Of a stretch of 38,367 bases of DNA, positions 1-9,819 are shown one piece after another. Numbering within the stretch: position 1 is the stretch's first letter; each line of letters starts with the position of its first letter. Source of the stretch: Rubrobacter sp. (GTDB lineage Bacteria > Actinomycetota > Rubrobacteria > Rubrobacterales > Rubrobacteraceae). The translations under genes were made by a program, and so were the position numbers. Where the stretch lies: the NCBI GenBank assembly GCA_016781705.1, contig JADDPV010000073.1, forward strand, positions 1 through 38,367, read 5' to 3'. Below the pieces are notes generated by a model. It worked only from the letters and a program-made list of their open reading frames with translations. It was not told the origin of the DNA and searched no databases.

Positions 1-40
1 GCCGGATCAAGGACCTGTGGGCATGAAAACCTTGCAACAC

Positions 41-853
41 TCATCTAGGGTAGCGCCTACGCCTCTCGTCCACCCCCGGAACGTCGCGGGCCTCTATCCA
101 AGACTTCAGCCGCACGAGCTCCGGAGAGGGAGCGACGCTCAACTCCCTTTTCAGCGTCCCGGCGTAGCGCCGGAAGGTTCGGAGGGCCAGAGCCTGCTCC
201 CCGGCGCAGTAGTGGTAGAGCATCAGCCGGCGGTGGAGATCTTCGCGGTACTCGTCCGCTTCCAGCGCGCGCTCGCAGACCTCTACGGCTTCAGTGTAGC
301 GACCTTCGAGGGCCAGGCATTCCGACAGCTCCGAAAGGGCCGAAAGACGGCGCTCTCGCCACTCTTCTCGGGCTTCCATCGCCCATTCCTCGTAGAGCTC
401 CTCGGCCAGAAACTCGCCCCGCAGAAGTTCGAGGGCCTTCCGGTACTCGCCAATAGCCTCGTCGAGTTGTCCGGCTGCTTGAGCCGCCTCGGCTCTCCGT
501 TTACGCTCGTCGAACTCCCAGGCGTCTACCCGGCAGTTCGCCCCTCGGTCGAAGAGGTAACCGGGGCGCTTGCTGAGGACGTAGCGCGAGTCGGAGCCGC
601 GTTTCAGGTTAGGTTCCAGGGCCTTGCGGAGCAGGCTAACCGTTACGCGCATGCTGCGCTCGGCGGCTTCGGGGGGAGCACCGGTCCACAAGGCTTCTAC
701 GATCTCGTCGCGCGAGAAGGCGCGGCCCGGGCGAGTGAGCAGCAGCTTCAACAGCGAGCGCGTCTTCCGCCGGCCCCACTCCTCGCGCCCGACGAGATGC
801 CCGCCGCGCCGGACCTCGAACTCGCCGAACAGCCTGATCTCCAATCCGTCCAC
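41..853 (-). CDS. AfsR/SARP-family transcriptional regulator (winged HTH + BTAD), 270 aa
   Basis: IRLFGEFEV...LLKLLL...SRDEIVEALW...LRKALEP...GY...VDAWEF (wHTH) followed by RGEFL..EEW..RE..LMLYHY..G..ALALR (BTAD). Start re-placed at GTG 853 behind GAGG; the upstream part of the tracked ORF is antisense to the methyltransferase. Confidence 0.9.
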   Translation of the reverse strand: MDGLEIRLFGEFEVRRGGHLVGREEWGRRKTRSLLKLLLTRPGRAFSRDEIVEALWTGAPPEAAERSMRVTVSLLRKALEPNLKRGSDSRYVLSKRPGYLFDRGANCRVDAWEFDERKRRAEAAQAAGQLDEAIGEYRKALELLRGEFLAEELYEEWAMEAREEWRERRLSALSELSECLALEGRYTEAVEVCERALEADEYREDLHRRLMLYHYCAGEQALALRTFRRYAGTLKRELSVAPSPELVRLKSWIEARDVPGVDERRRRYPR

Positions 854-891
854 CTTCTTCCTCGACCGCGAGCCCTGGACCACGTAGGGTC

Positions 892-969
892 CGTGACAAA
901 TATATCGACCGGCCCTTCGAGGCGCAATCCCGATCCCGTAACAAAAGCGTAACGTCGGGCCGCTAGCCT
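892..969 (+). promoter_or_regulatory. Candidate SARP-binding direct repeats and -10 element for the methyltransferase
   Basis: CGTAAC at 937-942 and 948-953 (11-bp period), variant CGTGAC at 892-897, TANNNT hexamer TAGCCT at 964-969. Confidence 0.55.
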
Positions 970-1081
970 CCCGTTCAGGAGCAAACGCGACCGAAGGGGG
1001 CGAGCGCCAGGAAGAGACGCGAGACCGACAGGTAGCAGCAACCCAGTAACCGTCTACCGAACAAGTTGAGGAGGACAGGAG

Positions 1082-1948
1082 ATGACGGCCGAGACCGCGC
1101 AGTTTGATCCGGTCAAGTACAAGGAGACTACCCGAGAGCAATGGCAGGAGGCCGCCGAAGCCTGGCGTCGATGGGGTCCCACCCTGGAGGAATGGCTGGA
1201 CCGGGCGACGGAGACGATGCTGGACATGGCAGGCGTTGGCCCCGGCGGCCGCGTGCTCGACGTGGCGGCGGGCGCGGGTGGCCAGACGATCCGGGCGGCG
1301 AAGTGTGTCGGGCAGGACGGCTACGTGCTGGCCACCGACATCTCCTCCAACATCCTCGAGTTCGCCGCGGAAGCCGCTCGCCAGGCCGGCCTGAGCAACG
1401 TAGGGACGCGTGTGATGGACGGCGAGGCTCTCGAAGAGTTGGAAGAGGGGTCCTTCGACGCGGTGATCTCGCGGGTCGGCCTGATCTACTTCCCCGATCA
1501 ACAGAAGGCGCTCTCCGGGATGCGCCGCGCGCTCAGGCCCGGCGGGAAGCTGGCGGCCATCGTCTACTCCACGCCCGAGAACAACAAATTCTTCTCCGCT
1601 CCGGTCTCGATCATCCGCCGCCGCGCCCAGCTCCCACCCCCGCTGCCCGGCCAGCCGGGCCCTTTCAGCCTGGGCACCCCGGGCGTCCTGGAGGAGGCAT
1701 ACGAGAAAGCCGGGTTCCGCGGCGCGGAAACCCATACCATCCCCGCGCCGCTGCGCATGCCCTCGGCCGCGGAATGCGCCCGCTTCGAGCGGGAGTCATT
1801 CGGCGCGCTGCACCAGATGCTCTCCGGCCTGAACGAAGCGGAGCGGGACGCAGCCTGGGAAGAGATCGAGCAGGAGTTGCGCCGGTTCGAGGGCCCCGAC
1901 GGATTCGAGGGACCGTGCGAGCTGGTCGTCGGGGCCGCAACTAGGTAA
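1082..1948 (+). CDS. Class I SAM-dependent methyltransferase (UbiE-like fold, substrate unknown)
   Basis: Motif I VLDVAAGAG, ATDIS, FDAVIS, LRPGGK; GAGGAGG upstream of ATG. Confidence 0.92.
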   Translation: MTAETAQFDPVKYKETTREQWQEAAEAWRRWGPTLEEWLDRATETMLDMAGVGPGGRVLDVAAGAGGQTIRAAKCVGQDGYVLATDISSNILEFAAEAARQAGLSNVGTRVMDGEALEELEEGSFDAVISRVGLIYFPDQQKALSGMRRALRPGGKLAAIVYSTPENNKFFSAPVSIIRRRAQLPPPLPGQPGPFSLGTPGVLEEAYEKAGFRGAETHTIPAPLRMPSAAECARFERESFGALHQMLSGLNEAERDAAWEEIEQELRRFEGPDGFEGPCELVVGAATR

Positions 1949-2004
1949 AGGACGAGACCCCCGCATCTAGGAGAGCTGGAGCCACCAAGGACCGAACCCA
2001 TCGA

Positions 2005-2060
2005 GGGGGAATGGAGCCTCCTAGCTCCTTCCCCCCGGTCTCCTTCCGGCGCCGCCGGAG
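2005..2060. terminator. Two hairpins between the convergent methyltransferase and trmD
   Basis: GGGGGAA(T)GGAGC/GCTCCTTCCCCC stem at 2005-2035 and TCCGGC-GCC-GCCGGA at about 2045-2059; no U-tract. Confidence 0.4.
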
Positions 2061-2077
2061 GCTCCCCCGTGATTCGG

Positions 2078-2770
2078 TTAGGTTCCCATTCGAGAGGCTC
2101 TCAAGCGTGCCTGCTCTTCTCTCCAGGCACCGATTCTAGCGTGGTCACCGGACAACAGCACGTCCGGGGCCGCCGCCCCATCCCATTTGGCGGGTCGCGT
2201 GTATACCGGTGGCCCCAAAACGCTCTCGCCCGAGAAGGACTCCCCAACGAGGCTCTCGGCGTTGCCGAGTACGCCATCCAGGAGCCGCACCACCGCATCC
2301 GCGAGCGCCGCCGCCACGATCTCGCCGCCCGAGAGCACGAAAGACCCTAAGGAGACGGTCTCCGTCGCCAGATGCTCCCGCACCCGCTCGTCCACCCCGC
2401 CGTAGCGCCCGCAGACGACCGTGAAGCCTCCGCCCCCGGCCAGCCCCGCCGCGAGATCTGCCGCGTACCCCTGGTCGAGGAGCCGGCCGCCGGGCTCGGT
2501 CAAGATCACGCGCCGCGACTCGCGCACCTCGCGTGCGCTACCAACCCCATAGACCTCCTCGAAGGCCCGGGCAACCACGTCCACCCGCACGACCATCCCC
2601 GCTCCACCGCCGAAAGGCACGTCGTCTATCCGCCCGTTCTTCGAAAACCCGCGCAGGTCGAAGGCGCGAAATCCGACCAGACCTTTCTCGATCGCGCGCC
2701 CGACCACCCCAACGCGCAAGGTCGCCTCAACGGCCTCCGGGAAGACGCAGAAAACGTCTATGCCGCCCAC
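2078..2770 (-). CDS. trmD: tRNA (guanine37-N1)-methyltransferase
   Basis: IDDVPFGGGAGMV, CGRYGGVDERV, SLGSFVLSGGE, PVYTRP, PDVLLSGDH; follows rimM. Confidence 0.97.
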   Translation of the reverse strand: MGGIDVFCVFPEAVEATLRVGVVGRAIEKGLVGFRAFDLRGFSKNGRIDDVPFGGGAGMVVRVDVVARAFEEVYGVGSAREVRESRRVILTEPGGRLLDQGYAADLAAGLAGGGGFTVVCGRYGGVDERVREHLATETVSLGSFVLSGGEIVAAALADAVVRLLDGVLGNAESLVGESFSGESVLGPPVYTRPAKWDGAAAPDVLLSGDHARIGAWREEQARLRASRMGT

Positions 2771-2784
2771 TACGAAGAGGCTCC

Positions 2785-3297
2785 CTACACGTCCGGTGGG
2801 CTCACGACGAGGCGCCCGCCCCTGACGTCCACCTCCGGCACGTGCTCGAGGGTGAAGGGCACGTAGTGGATCTCCCCCTCCCCGTCGCGCACGACGAGCA
2901 CCTCGTGGGCCGGTGTCTCGAAGAGGTCCGCCACGCTCCCCATTCTTTCTCCGGCTCCGTCGTAGACGTCGAGCCCGACGAGGTCGCCGACATAAAACTC
3001 CCCCTCCTCGGGCGCGTCGAGCTCGTCGCGGTCCAGCAGCAGCTCCACCGCCCGAAGGCTTGCCGCCTCCGCGCGGTCGCCGACGCCCTCGAGGTCCACG
3101 AGGAAGCCTTTAGGTGTCTCTCGCGCTTTCAGGATGCGCCGCCGCTCGCCGTTCACGACGGGGACGACGCCTTCGCGCAGGTGGCGGCCGGAGCCCGTGG
3201 GCCGGACGCGCAGCGTACCGCGCACGCCGTGTGGGGAGGCGACGGAGCCTATCGCCACGGGGTCGTCGAGCCTAGCAGCGGCGCGGATCTCCCCCAC
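2785..3297 (-). CDS. rimM: Ribosome maturation factor RimM
   Basis: IG.V..PHGVRG, EGEFYVGDLVGL, YVPF; lies between khpA and trmD. Confidence 0.96.
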   Translation of the reverse strand: MGEIRAAARLDDPVAIGSVASPHGVRGTLRVRPTGSGRHLREGVVPVVNGERRRILKARETPKGFLVDLEGVGDRAEAASLRAVELLLDRDELDAPEEGEFYVGDLVGLDVYDGAGERMGSVADLFETPAHEVLVVRDGEGEIHYVPFTLEHVPEVDVRGGRLVVSPPDV

Positions 3298-3302
3298 GAC
3301 CC

Positions 3303-3542
3303 CTAGTCCTCAACCTCCACGTTGACCCGCTTGTTCATCGGGACGGCGGCCGCCTTCAGCACCGAGCGGATGGCTTTCACGATCCTGCCGTTCTTGCCTA
3401 TGACCCTGCCCACGTCCCCGGGCGCGACACGCAGCGTCAAGTCTACCCGCGAGTCTGTCTCCGTGCCCGTCACCTCGACCCGCTCGGGCTCGTCCACGAG
3501 CCGGCGGGCAAGAAAAAGGAGCAAATCTTCGAGTTGCCGCAT
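3303..3542 (-). CDS. khpA: KH-domain RNA-binding protein KhpA
   Basis: LVDEPERVEV, DVGRVIGKNGR (GxxG); canonical position after rpsP. Confidence 0.95.
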   Translation of the reverse strand: MRQLEDLLLFLARRLVDEPERVEVTGTETDSRVDLTLRVAPGDVGRVIGKNGRIVKAIRSVLKAAAVPMNKRVNVEVED

Positions 3543-3566
3543 GGTGCGTCCCGCCAGTCCCGACTT

Positions 3567-3809
3567 CTAGAGGACCCCGGAGACCTTCAGCAGCTTGCGG
3601 ACCTGGTCGGTCGGCTGGGCCCCCTTGCCGAGCCACTCGCGCGCCTTCTCCGCGTCCACCTTGATGTCCGACGGGTTAGTGCGTGGGTCATACGTCCCCA
3701 CCCGGTCTATGAACGCCCCGTCCCTGGGGCTCCTGGCGTCGGCCACCACTATCCGGTAGAAGGGGGCCTTCTTCGAACCGCGCCTCGCCAGCCTGATCTT
3801 CACTGCCAT
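3567..3809 (-). CDS. rpsP: 30S ribosomal protein S16
   Basis: [27 protein letters not shown]...GAQPTD; AAGGAG SD. Confidence 0.99.
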   Translation of the reverse strand: MAVKIRLARRGSKKAPFYRIVVADARSPRDGAFIDRVGTYDPRTNPSDIKVDAEKAREWLGKGAQPTDQVRKLLKVSGVL

Positions 3810-3829
3810 AACTTCACTCCTTCTTCTCT

Positions 3830-5179
3830 CTATCTCATGTTGAACGGCATCCGGGGCATGCGCTTGGAGGCTCGCCCGCCACCGCCCATCTGCCGCATCA
3901 TCTTCTGCATCTGTCCGAACTGCTTGACCAGCTTCTGTACGTCCTGAGGCGTCGTCCCGGAGCCGCGCGCTATCCTACGAGCCCGGCTCGGGTTCTGCAA
4001 GAGCTTAGGGTTCCGGCGCTCCTGGGAGGTCATCGAGGTGATCATGGCCTCCACCCTACCCAATGCCTTGTTGTCCAGGTCGTCCATGTTCACCCCGGAG
4101 AGCTGCTTGCCGAGGCCGGGGATCATGCCGAGCAGGCTCGAAAGGGGACCCATTTTCTTGATCATCTGCATCTGCTTCAGGAAGTCCTCGAAGTCGAACT
4201 TCCCGGCCATGAGCTTCTTGCTCTGGGCCTCGGCCTCCTGGCGGTCCAACTGGCCCTCGGCCTTCTCGATGAGGGTCATGACGTCCCCCATCCCCAGGAT
4301 GCGTCCCGCCATCCTATCCGGGTAGAAGTAGTCGAACTCCCCCATCTTCTCGCCCTCGCTGGCGAACTTGATCGGCCGCTCCGTCACCGAGACGACGCTC
4401 AACGCCGCCCCTCCCCTGGCATCGCCGTCGAGCTTCGTCAGGACCATCCCGTCGAAGTCGGCGTACTCCCGGAACGCCTCGGCCACGTCCACCGCGTTCT
4501 GTCCCGTGGCGGAGTCGAGGACGAGCAGGACCGAGTGCGGCCTCACGGCGCTTTGGACGCGTTTGATCTCGTCCATCATCGGCTCGTCCACGACCTGCCT
4601 GCCCGCCGTGTCCACGATGACGAAGTCGTACCCGCCGTCCCGCGCCTCCCTTATCCCCCGCTGCGCAATATCTTCCGGCGCGGGCTCCGTCCCTTCCGCA
4701 TAGACCGGAACGCCTATCTCCTTGCCGATCTGCTCCAACTGGTCTATCGCCGCCGGCCGGTACGTGTCGCACGCGACCAGGAACGGGTTCTTGCCCGAGT
4801 TCTTGCGCACGAATAGCGCGAGCTTACCCGCGGTCGTCGTCTTGCCGTGGCCGTTGAGGCCCGCGAGCATAACCACCGTCGGCGGCCTGGAGGCGAACTG
4901 CAGCTTGCTCGCCGTCCCGCCCATCAGGCTCGCCAACTCCTCGTTGACGATCTTCACTACTTGCTGGCCGGGCGAGAGGGCGCGCGAGACCTCGGCGCCG
5001 GTGGCGCGTTCGCGGACGTTGGCGACGAACTTCTTGACCACGCCGTAGTTCACGTCCGCTTCCAACAACGCCAGACGGATCTCGCGCGTGACCTTCTTCA
5101 CCTGGTCCTCGGTGAGGTTGCCGCTGCTGCGTACCCCGTCGAGTGCCGAGCCGAGCCTGTCGCTTAGCGTATCGAACAT
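3830..5179 (-). CDS. ffh: Signal recognition particle protein Ffh
   Basis: [36 protein letters not shown], Met-rich M domain with RIARGSG. Confidence 0.99.
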   Translation of the reverse strand: MFDTLSDRLGSALDGVRSSGNLTEDQVKKVTREIRLALLEADVNYGVVKKFVANVRERATGAEVSRALSPGQQVVKIVNEELASLMGGTASKLQFASRPPTVVMLAGLNGHGKTTTAGKLALFVRKNSGKNPFLVACDTYRPAAIDQLEQIGKEIGVPVYAEGTEPAPEDIAQRGIREARDGGYDFVIVDTAGRQVVDEPMMDEIKRVQSAVRPHSVLLVLDSATGQNAVDVAEAFREYADFDGMVLTKLDGDARGGAALSVVSVTERPIKFASEGEKMGEFDYFYPDRMAGRILGMGDVMTLIEKAEGQLDRQEAEAQSKKLMAGKFDFEDFLKQMQMIKKMGPLSSLLGMIPGLGKQLSGVNMDDLDNKALGRVEAMITSMTSQERRNPKLLQNPSRARRIARGSGTTPQDVQKLVKQFGQMQKMMRQMGGGGRASKRMPRMPFNMR

Positions 5180-5182
5180 TAT

Positions 5183-6364
5183 CTACAACTCTCCAAACAA
5201 TGCTTCCGCGAACTCGCGGGCGTCGAACGGGTGCAGGTCCCCGATCTGCTCGCCCACCGAGATCAGCTTTATCGGCACCCCGACCTCGTTGGCTATCGCC
5301 AGCGCGATCCCGCCCTTCGCCGTTCCGTCGAGCTTGGTGAGGATGATCCCGGTAACACCCGCGACCTCGTGGAATAGCTTGGCCTGCCGCAAGCCGTTCT
5401 GTCCCGTCGTCGCGTCAACGGTCAGCAACACCTCGTGCGGCGCGTCGGGCATCTGGCGCCCGATCACGCGCTTCACCTTGTCCAGCTCCGCCATGAGGTT
5501 GACCTTCGTGTGCAGCCTCCCGGCGGTGTCTATGAGCAGGATGTCCGCCCCTCCACCCTTCGCAGCCTCGACCGCGTCGTGCGCCACCGCCGCCGAGTCA
5601 GCGCCCCGCTCGCGCGCTATGACCTCCGCGCCCGTCCGTTCGCCCCAACGCTGGAGCTGCTCGATGGCCGCCGCCCGGAAGGTGTCGCCCGCCGCGAGCA
5701 TAACCTTGCCGGGCAGGAAGTGGACCAGCTTGCCGATGTTTGTCGTCTTGCCGGTCCCGTTCACCCCGACCATCAGGACCACGGTCGGCTTGCGCGAGAC
5801 GTCGAGCTCGACGGGACCCGAGAGCATGCGCGTGGCGTGTTCGATCATGAGCGCCCGAAGCTCCTTCGCGCTCGTGACGTTCTTCTCCAGCGCCTCCTGC
5901 TCCAGCTCCGCGACCAACCTGGCCGTCGTCGGGACACCGACGTCGGAGGTGATCAAAATCTCCTCGACCCGCTCCCAGAACTCCTCATCCCCCGCGTCCC
6001 GGAACTCCGCCACGGCCGCGTTGAGCTGCCCCACGAAAGACTCCCGGCTGCGCCTCAACCCCTGCCGCAGCCGCCCGAACCACCCGCCGGACTCTTCCTG
6101 TTCGGCCGCCTCCGCCCGCGCTTGCTCGACCTCCGCCGGCTTCTCCGCAACGGAACCATCCGCCACGGGCTCCTCGACCTGCGCCGACTCCACGGCCGAC
6201 TCCTCTTCAGGAGCCGCCGCTTCTTCGGCCTCACGGGTCGCCACGGGCGGCGCGAGTCCCTCGGGCTCCTCCGCCGCCTCGTCGCGCTCCGGAGCCTCGA
6301 CGGTCGGCTCGGTAACCTCCGATTCCTTCTTTCGTTTAAAAAAGCTGCGCCACGACCGACCCAT
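5183..6364 (-). CDS. ftsY: SRP receptor FtsY with acidic N-terminal domain
   Basis: GVNGTGKTT, DTFRAAA, DTAGRLH, TKLDGTAKGG; Glu/Ala-rich N-terminus. Confidence 0.98.
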   Translation of the reverse strand: MGRSWRSFFKRKKESEVTEPTVEAPERDEAAEEPEGLAPPVATREAEEAAAPEEESAVESAQVEEPVADGSVAEKPAEVEQARAEAAEQEESGGWFGRLRQGLRRSRESFVGQLNAAVAEFRDAGDEEFWERVEEILITSDVGVPTTARLVAELEQEALEKNVTSAKELRALMIEHATRMLSGPVELDVSRKPTVVLMVGVNGTGKTTNIGKLVHFLPGKVMLAAGDTFRAAAIEQLQRWGERTGAEVIARERGADSAAVAHDAVEAAKGGGADILLIDTAGRLHTKVNLMAELDKVKRVIGRQMPDAPHEVLLTVDATTGQNGLRQAKLFHEVAGVTGIILTKLDGTAKGGIALAIANEVGVPIKLISVGEQIGDLHPFDAREFAEALFGEL

Positions 6365-6374
6365 AACGGCTCTT

Positions 6375-9300
6375 CTAGTCTCCCGTCAGACGCTTCGATA
6401 CTACGATGGACGCGCCGGTGGCGTCCGGCGTGACCCCGTAGAGCACGTCGGCCGCCGCCATCGTCCGCTTCTGGTGTGTCACCAGCAGAAACTGCCCGCT
6501 CGTCCGGTAAGAGTCTACCACAGAGAGAAATCGGGCCAGGTTGACGTCGTCGAGCGCCGCCTCGGCCTCATCGAGCACGCAGAGTGCCCCAGAGTCAGGC
6601 CCCGAGCCGGGCTCTTCGCGCCCCAGGAAGATACCGAACAGGAAAGACAGCGCCAGCAGCGCACGCTCCCCGCCGGAGAGCACGCGCAGAGGTCTCCAGC
6701 CCCGGCGCCTGAGCCTCAGCCCGATCTCGACGCCCTCCTCCGAGAGGCTCAACTCCCCAGCCGCCCCCCCGATCATGCGCGGCACGATCTGCGCGAACGC
6801 CCGCCGCACCCGCCCAAATGTGCTCTCGAAGCGCGCCGCTATCTCCGCGTCTACGTTCCGGATGATGCGCTCCAGCTCCGCGGCCGCCTCCTCGGCGTCC
6901 ACTCTTTGCGCGGCGACGAAGTCGTGCCGCGCGCGCAGGCTCCCCTCCTGGGAGATGGCGAGCAGGTTCACGTCCCCGAAACCCTTGAGCCTGCGCGCCA
7001 GCCGCGCCCGCTCGCGCTCGACATCACCGCCCTCCGGCGCGACCTCGGCCTCTTCGCGGGCGGTCTCCAGCGTCGCGCCCCACTCCTCGAAGAGCTCCGC
7101 CTCCGCCTCGGAAGCGGTCCCCTCGGCGCGGGCCAGCTCCCCGCCGAGCGCCTCCGCCCGGGAACGCACCCGGGCCGCCTCGGCAGCGAGCTCCCCGGCC
7201 TCTCCGGCGATCTCGGCCCGCCTCCTGGCCAGGACCCCGCGCCGCTCCACCACCTCCGAGCGGGCGCGCCTCCCGGCCAAGAGCCGTTCACGGGCTGCGA
7301 CCTCGAGTCGTCGGGATGCCTCCGCGGAGCGGCGGGCGAGGCCAGCCAGTCGCGCGGCCGCGTCGGGAGCCGCATTTTCGAGGCGCCTCAATCTGCGCGC
7401 GAGCCTCGCCCGCCGCTCCCGCGCATCGGAGAGCGCGGCGCGTGTTCTGGTAGCGCGGCCGGCCGCTTCCCGGGACGCGGCATACGCTGGCTCCACCGCC
7501 GCGGCCACCCTCAGGAGCGCCTCCTTCGCCCTCTCCTCGGCCTCTTGTGCCGCGCGCAGCTCCTCTTCCGCCGCAGAGACCTGCTCTTTCAACCCCTCCA
7601 GCTCCGCCTCGACCTCCAGACGGAGCGTGCGTACGCGCATCGCCCCCCTCGCCCTGCGCTCAGCCTCCCGAATGAGCAGGCGAGTGGCCCGTGACGCCCG
7701 AACCGCTCCGGCGTCCAGGGTCTCGACGTCGGAAGCCAGGACCTCCAGGAGCCGGAGCGTAGCCTGAGCGGTCTCCCGCAGGTCATAGAGGTTCTCCCCG
7801 AGCCGGTTTTTCAGCTCGTCGAGACGCTCCTCCCAAAGGACGAGCCGCGCTTCACGGGCGAAATCCCCTTCAACGGCTCGCCGGCTGGCGCTGGTACGGG
7901 TGAGACGCAGCCCCTCGCGCGTGACGGCAACGTGGCCGTTCTTCGGGAACGCCTCCCCCTCGGGGGGCTCCTCCAACACGTAGACGCCCCCCAGGAGGCG
8001 TGCGACAGCCTCCTCGTAGCGGCCGTCGAGGACCTCGACGCACTCGACGAGGGGTTTACCGAAGTGCGGGCCGCCCTCCGGCAGCCTCTCGGCGTCCAGG
8101 CGCACCACCACGCGCTCCGTGGGCCTGCCGCCGGTGAGGTACCGGATCCCCTCACCCAGCGTCTCCGCGAGCACTCCGCCCGCCATCTCCCCCAACGCGG
8201 CCTCGACCGCCGCCTCGTACCCCGGGCGCGCCCGGACGACCTCGTACAGCCTCTTGCTCGGACCACCTGGAACCCTCAGCCGCCGGACCTCGGCCTCCGC
8301 CCTCCCGACGAGTGCGGCCAGTGTCCCGCTCCTCCGATCCGCCCACGCCCCCAGCCTCGCCGCCAGGTCGCTCAGCCCCCCGACTCCCCCGAGCGCCGCC
8401 GCCAACCGCTCGCGCACCCCCTCCAGTGAACGAGAAAGCAGTCTCTCGATAGCCTCCGAGAGCCGTTCGAGATCCCGCTCGTCGAGCGAGGTCTCCTCTT
8501 CCGCGAGCCGGCCCTCCGCCCGCTCGCGCCGCGCCCGCGAGGCTTCGACGCTTTCCCCGGCCCTCGCCCGCCGCGCCGCCGCAGCCCTGAGGTCCGCTCG
8601 CCCCTCCTCCGCGGCGTCTTCCAGCCGCTCGAGCTCCCCCTTCGCGCGCGAGTGCTCGCCCTCGAGCCTACCGAGGTCCTCCTCCAGACGTCTCACGGTC
8701 TTCGAAATCTTCTCAACCTGTACCTTGAGGTGGGGGATCATGCGCCGCCGATCCGCGTCGCGGTCCCGCCCGCCCTCGAAGCGCAACAGCGCCCGCTCGG
8801 CACGCAAAGCCTCGGCCCTTAGTCCCTCCGCCCAGCCCTCCAGTTCCTCCACCCGGCGCTCCGCCGCCCGGACCAGACCCTCCGCCTTCCGCTCCTCATC
8901 CCCCAGCCTCAACCCCTCCTCACGCAGAGCGCCTTCCCGAGCGCTCAACTCCCCGGCCTTCCCCTCGTACTCGGCGAGGCGCTCGCGCAGGCCGTTGAGG
9001 TCGCGGGTCGCGGCGCGGTAGAGGTACGCCAGAGAGAGCCTACGGTAGCGCGCCTCCAGCTCCCGGTACTCGCGCGCGGCGGCGGCCTCGACTTCTATCC
9101 TCCTCAACTGCTCCGCCAACTCGGCCTCCAGCTGGCGGCTGCTCTCCAACTGAGAAGCCGCGCGCTCCAACCTGCGGCCCGCGCCCTGGCGACGCCTGCG
9201 GAACACGCCGAGACCAGCCGCCTCCTCTAGCGCGACCCGGCAGGCGGCAGCGCCTCCGGCGACGATAGCGTCAACGGCGCCCTGCCTCAAGATGCTGTGA

Positions 9301-9701
9301 CGTCCGAGGCCAGCCTCGCCCGCGATGGCGCGCACGTCGGCGAGGCGGGCCCGGACGCCGTTGATGCGGTACTCGTTTTCGCCGCCGCGCGAGATCCTGC
9401 GCGTCAGCGACACCTCCCGGTAGGGTAGCGAGATGCCACCCGACGCGTTGTCCAGGATCAGGGTCACCTCCGCCGCGTTCGCCGCAGCAAGCGTCTCCGA
9501 GCCCGAGAAGACGACGTCGTCCATAGTGCCCGCCCGCAGCACGCTCGGGCTCCCCTCCCCGAGCGCGAAGAGCACCGCGTCCGTGATGTTGCTCTTCCCG
9601 GAGCCATTCGGGCCGACGACCGCCGTGATCCCAGCGGTGAGCGGCATCCTGACCGGCCGGGCGAACGTCTTGAAACCCTTTAAGAAGATCGCCGAGAGCA
9701 T
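6375..9701 (-). CDS. smc: Chromosome segregation ATPase SMC
   Basis: GFKTFA, Walker A GPNGSGKSN, coiled coils around a hinge-like region, LSGGE, LDEAEAALD, VTHQ; sits between rnc and ftsY. Confidence 0.95.
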   Translation of the reverse strand: MLSAIFLKGFKTFARPVRMPLTAGITAVVGPNGSGKSNITDAVLFALGEGSPSVLRAGTMDDVVFSGSETLAAANAAEVTLILDNASGGISLPYREVSLTRRISRGGENEYRINGVRARLADVRAIAGEAGLGRHSILRQGAVDAIVAGGAAACRVALEEAAGLGVFRRRRQGAGRRLERAASQLESSRQLEAELAEQLRRIEVEAAAAREYRELEARYRRLSLAYLYRAATRDLNGLRERLAEYEGKAGELSAREGALREEGLRLGDEERKAEGLVRAAERRVEELEGWAEGLRAEALRAERALLRFEGGRDRDADRRRMIPHLKVQVEKISKTVRRLEEDLGRLEGEHSRAKGELERLEDAAEEGRADLRAAAARRARAGESVEASRARRERAEGRLAEEETSLDERDLERLSEAIERLLSRSLEGVRERLAAALGGVGGLSDLAARLGAWADRRSGTLAALVGRAEAEVRRLRVPGGPSKRLYEVVRARPGYEAAVEAALGEMAGGVLAETLGEGIRYLTGGRPTERVVVRLDAERLPEGGPHFGKPLVECVEVLDGRYEEAVARLLGGVYVLEEPPEGEAFPKNGHVAVTREGLRLTRTSASRRAVEGDFAREARLVLWEERLDELKNRLGENLYDLRETAQATLRLLEVLASDVETLDAGAVRASRATRLLIREAERRARGAMRVRTLRLEVEAELEGLKEQVSAAEEELRAAQEAEERAKEALLRVAAAVEPAYAASREAAGRATRTRAALSDARERRARLARRLRRLENAAPDAAARLAGLARRSAEASRRLEVAARERLLAGRRARSEVVERRGVLARRRAEIAGEAGELAAEAARVRSRAEALGGELARAEGTASEAEAELFEEWGATLETAREEAEVAPEGGDVERERARLARRLKGFGDVNLLAISQEGSLRARHDFVAAQRVDAEEAAAELERIIRNVDAEIAARFESTFGRVRRAFAQIVPRMIGGAAGELSLSEEGVEIGLRLRRRGWRPLRVLSGGERALLALSFLFGIFLGREEPGSGPDSGALCVLDEAEAALDDVNLARFLSVVDSYRTSGQFLLVTHQKRTMAAADVLYGVTPDATGASIVVSKRLTGD

Positions 9702-9736
9702 CGCCGCATTCTACGCGGTTTCCGCAACTGAAGCAC
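9702..9736 (-). promoter_or_regulatory. Candidate leaderless housekeeping promoter of smc
   Basis: GTGCTT-N17-TAGAAT (9708-9713) then 6 nt to the ATG; no SD. Confidence 0.55.
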
Positions 9737-9819
9737 ACGGGAAAGTGCCGCAAATAGGGTTCCGCACTGGTGGAAAGCGCAAGCTGGGAGATCGCCGAGA
9801 GGCCGATCCGGCAAGCAGG

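Noticed and set aside
23-35. ATGAAAACCTTGC resembles the reverse complement of 38292-38305, like terminal inverted repeats
   Set aside because: Short, contains an indel, brackets essential genes and there is no transposase; treated as chance.
854-1735. N-terminal 294 aa of the tracked 564-aa BTAD ORF
   Set aside because: Antisense to the methyltransferase; regulator homology begins at GTG 853, which has its own SD.
5088-7694. 868-aa plus-strand ORF and the many other long antisense ORFs (e.g. 10460-11812, 18436-20331, 27730-29208)
   Set aside because: They are shadows of well-conserved minus-strand genes in GC-rich DNA, with no motifs or start signals.
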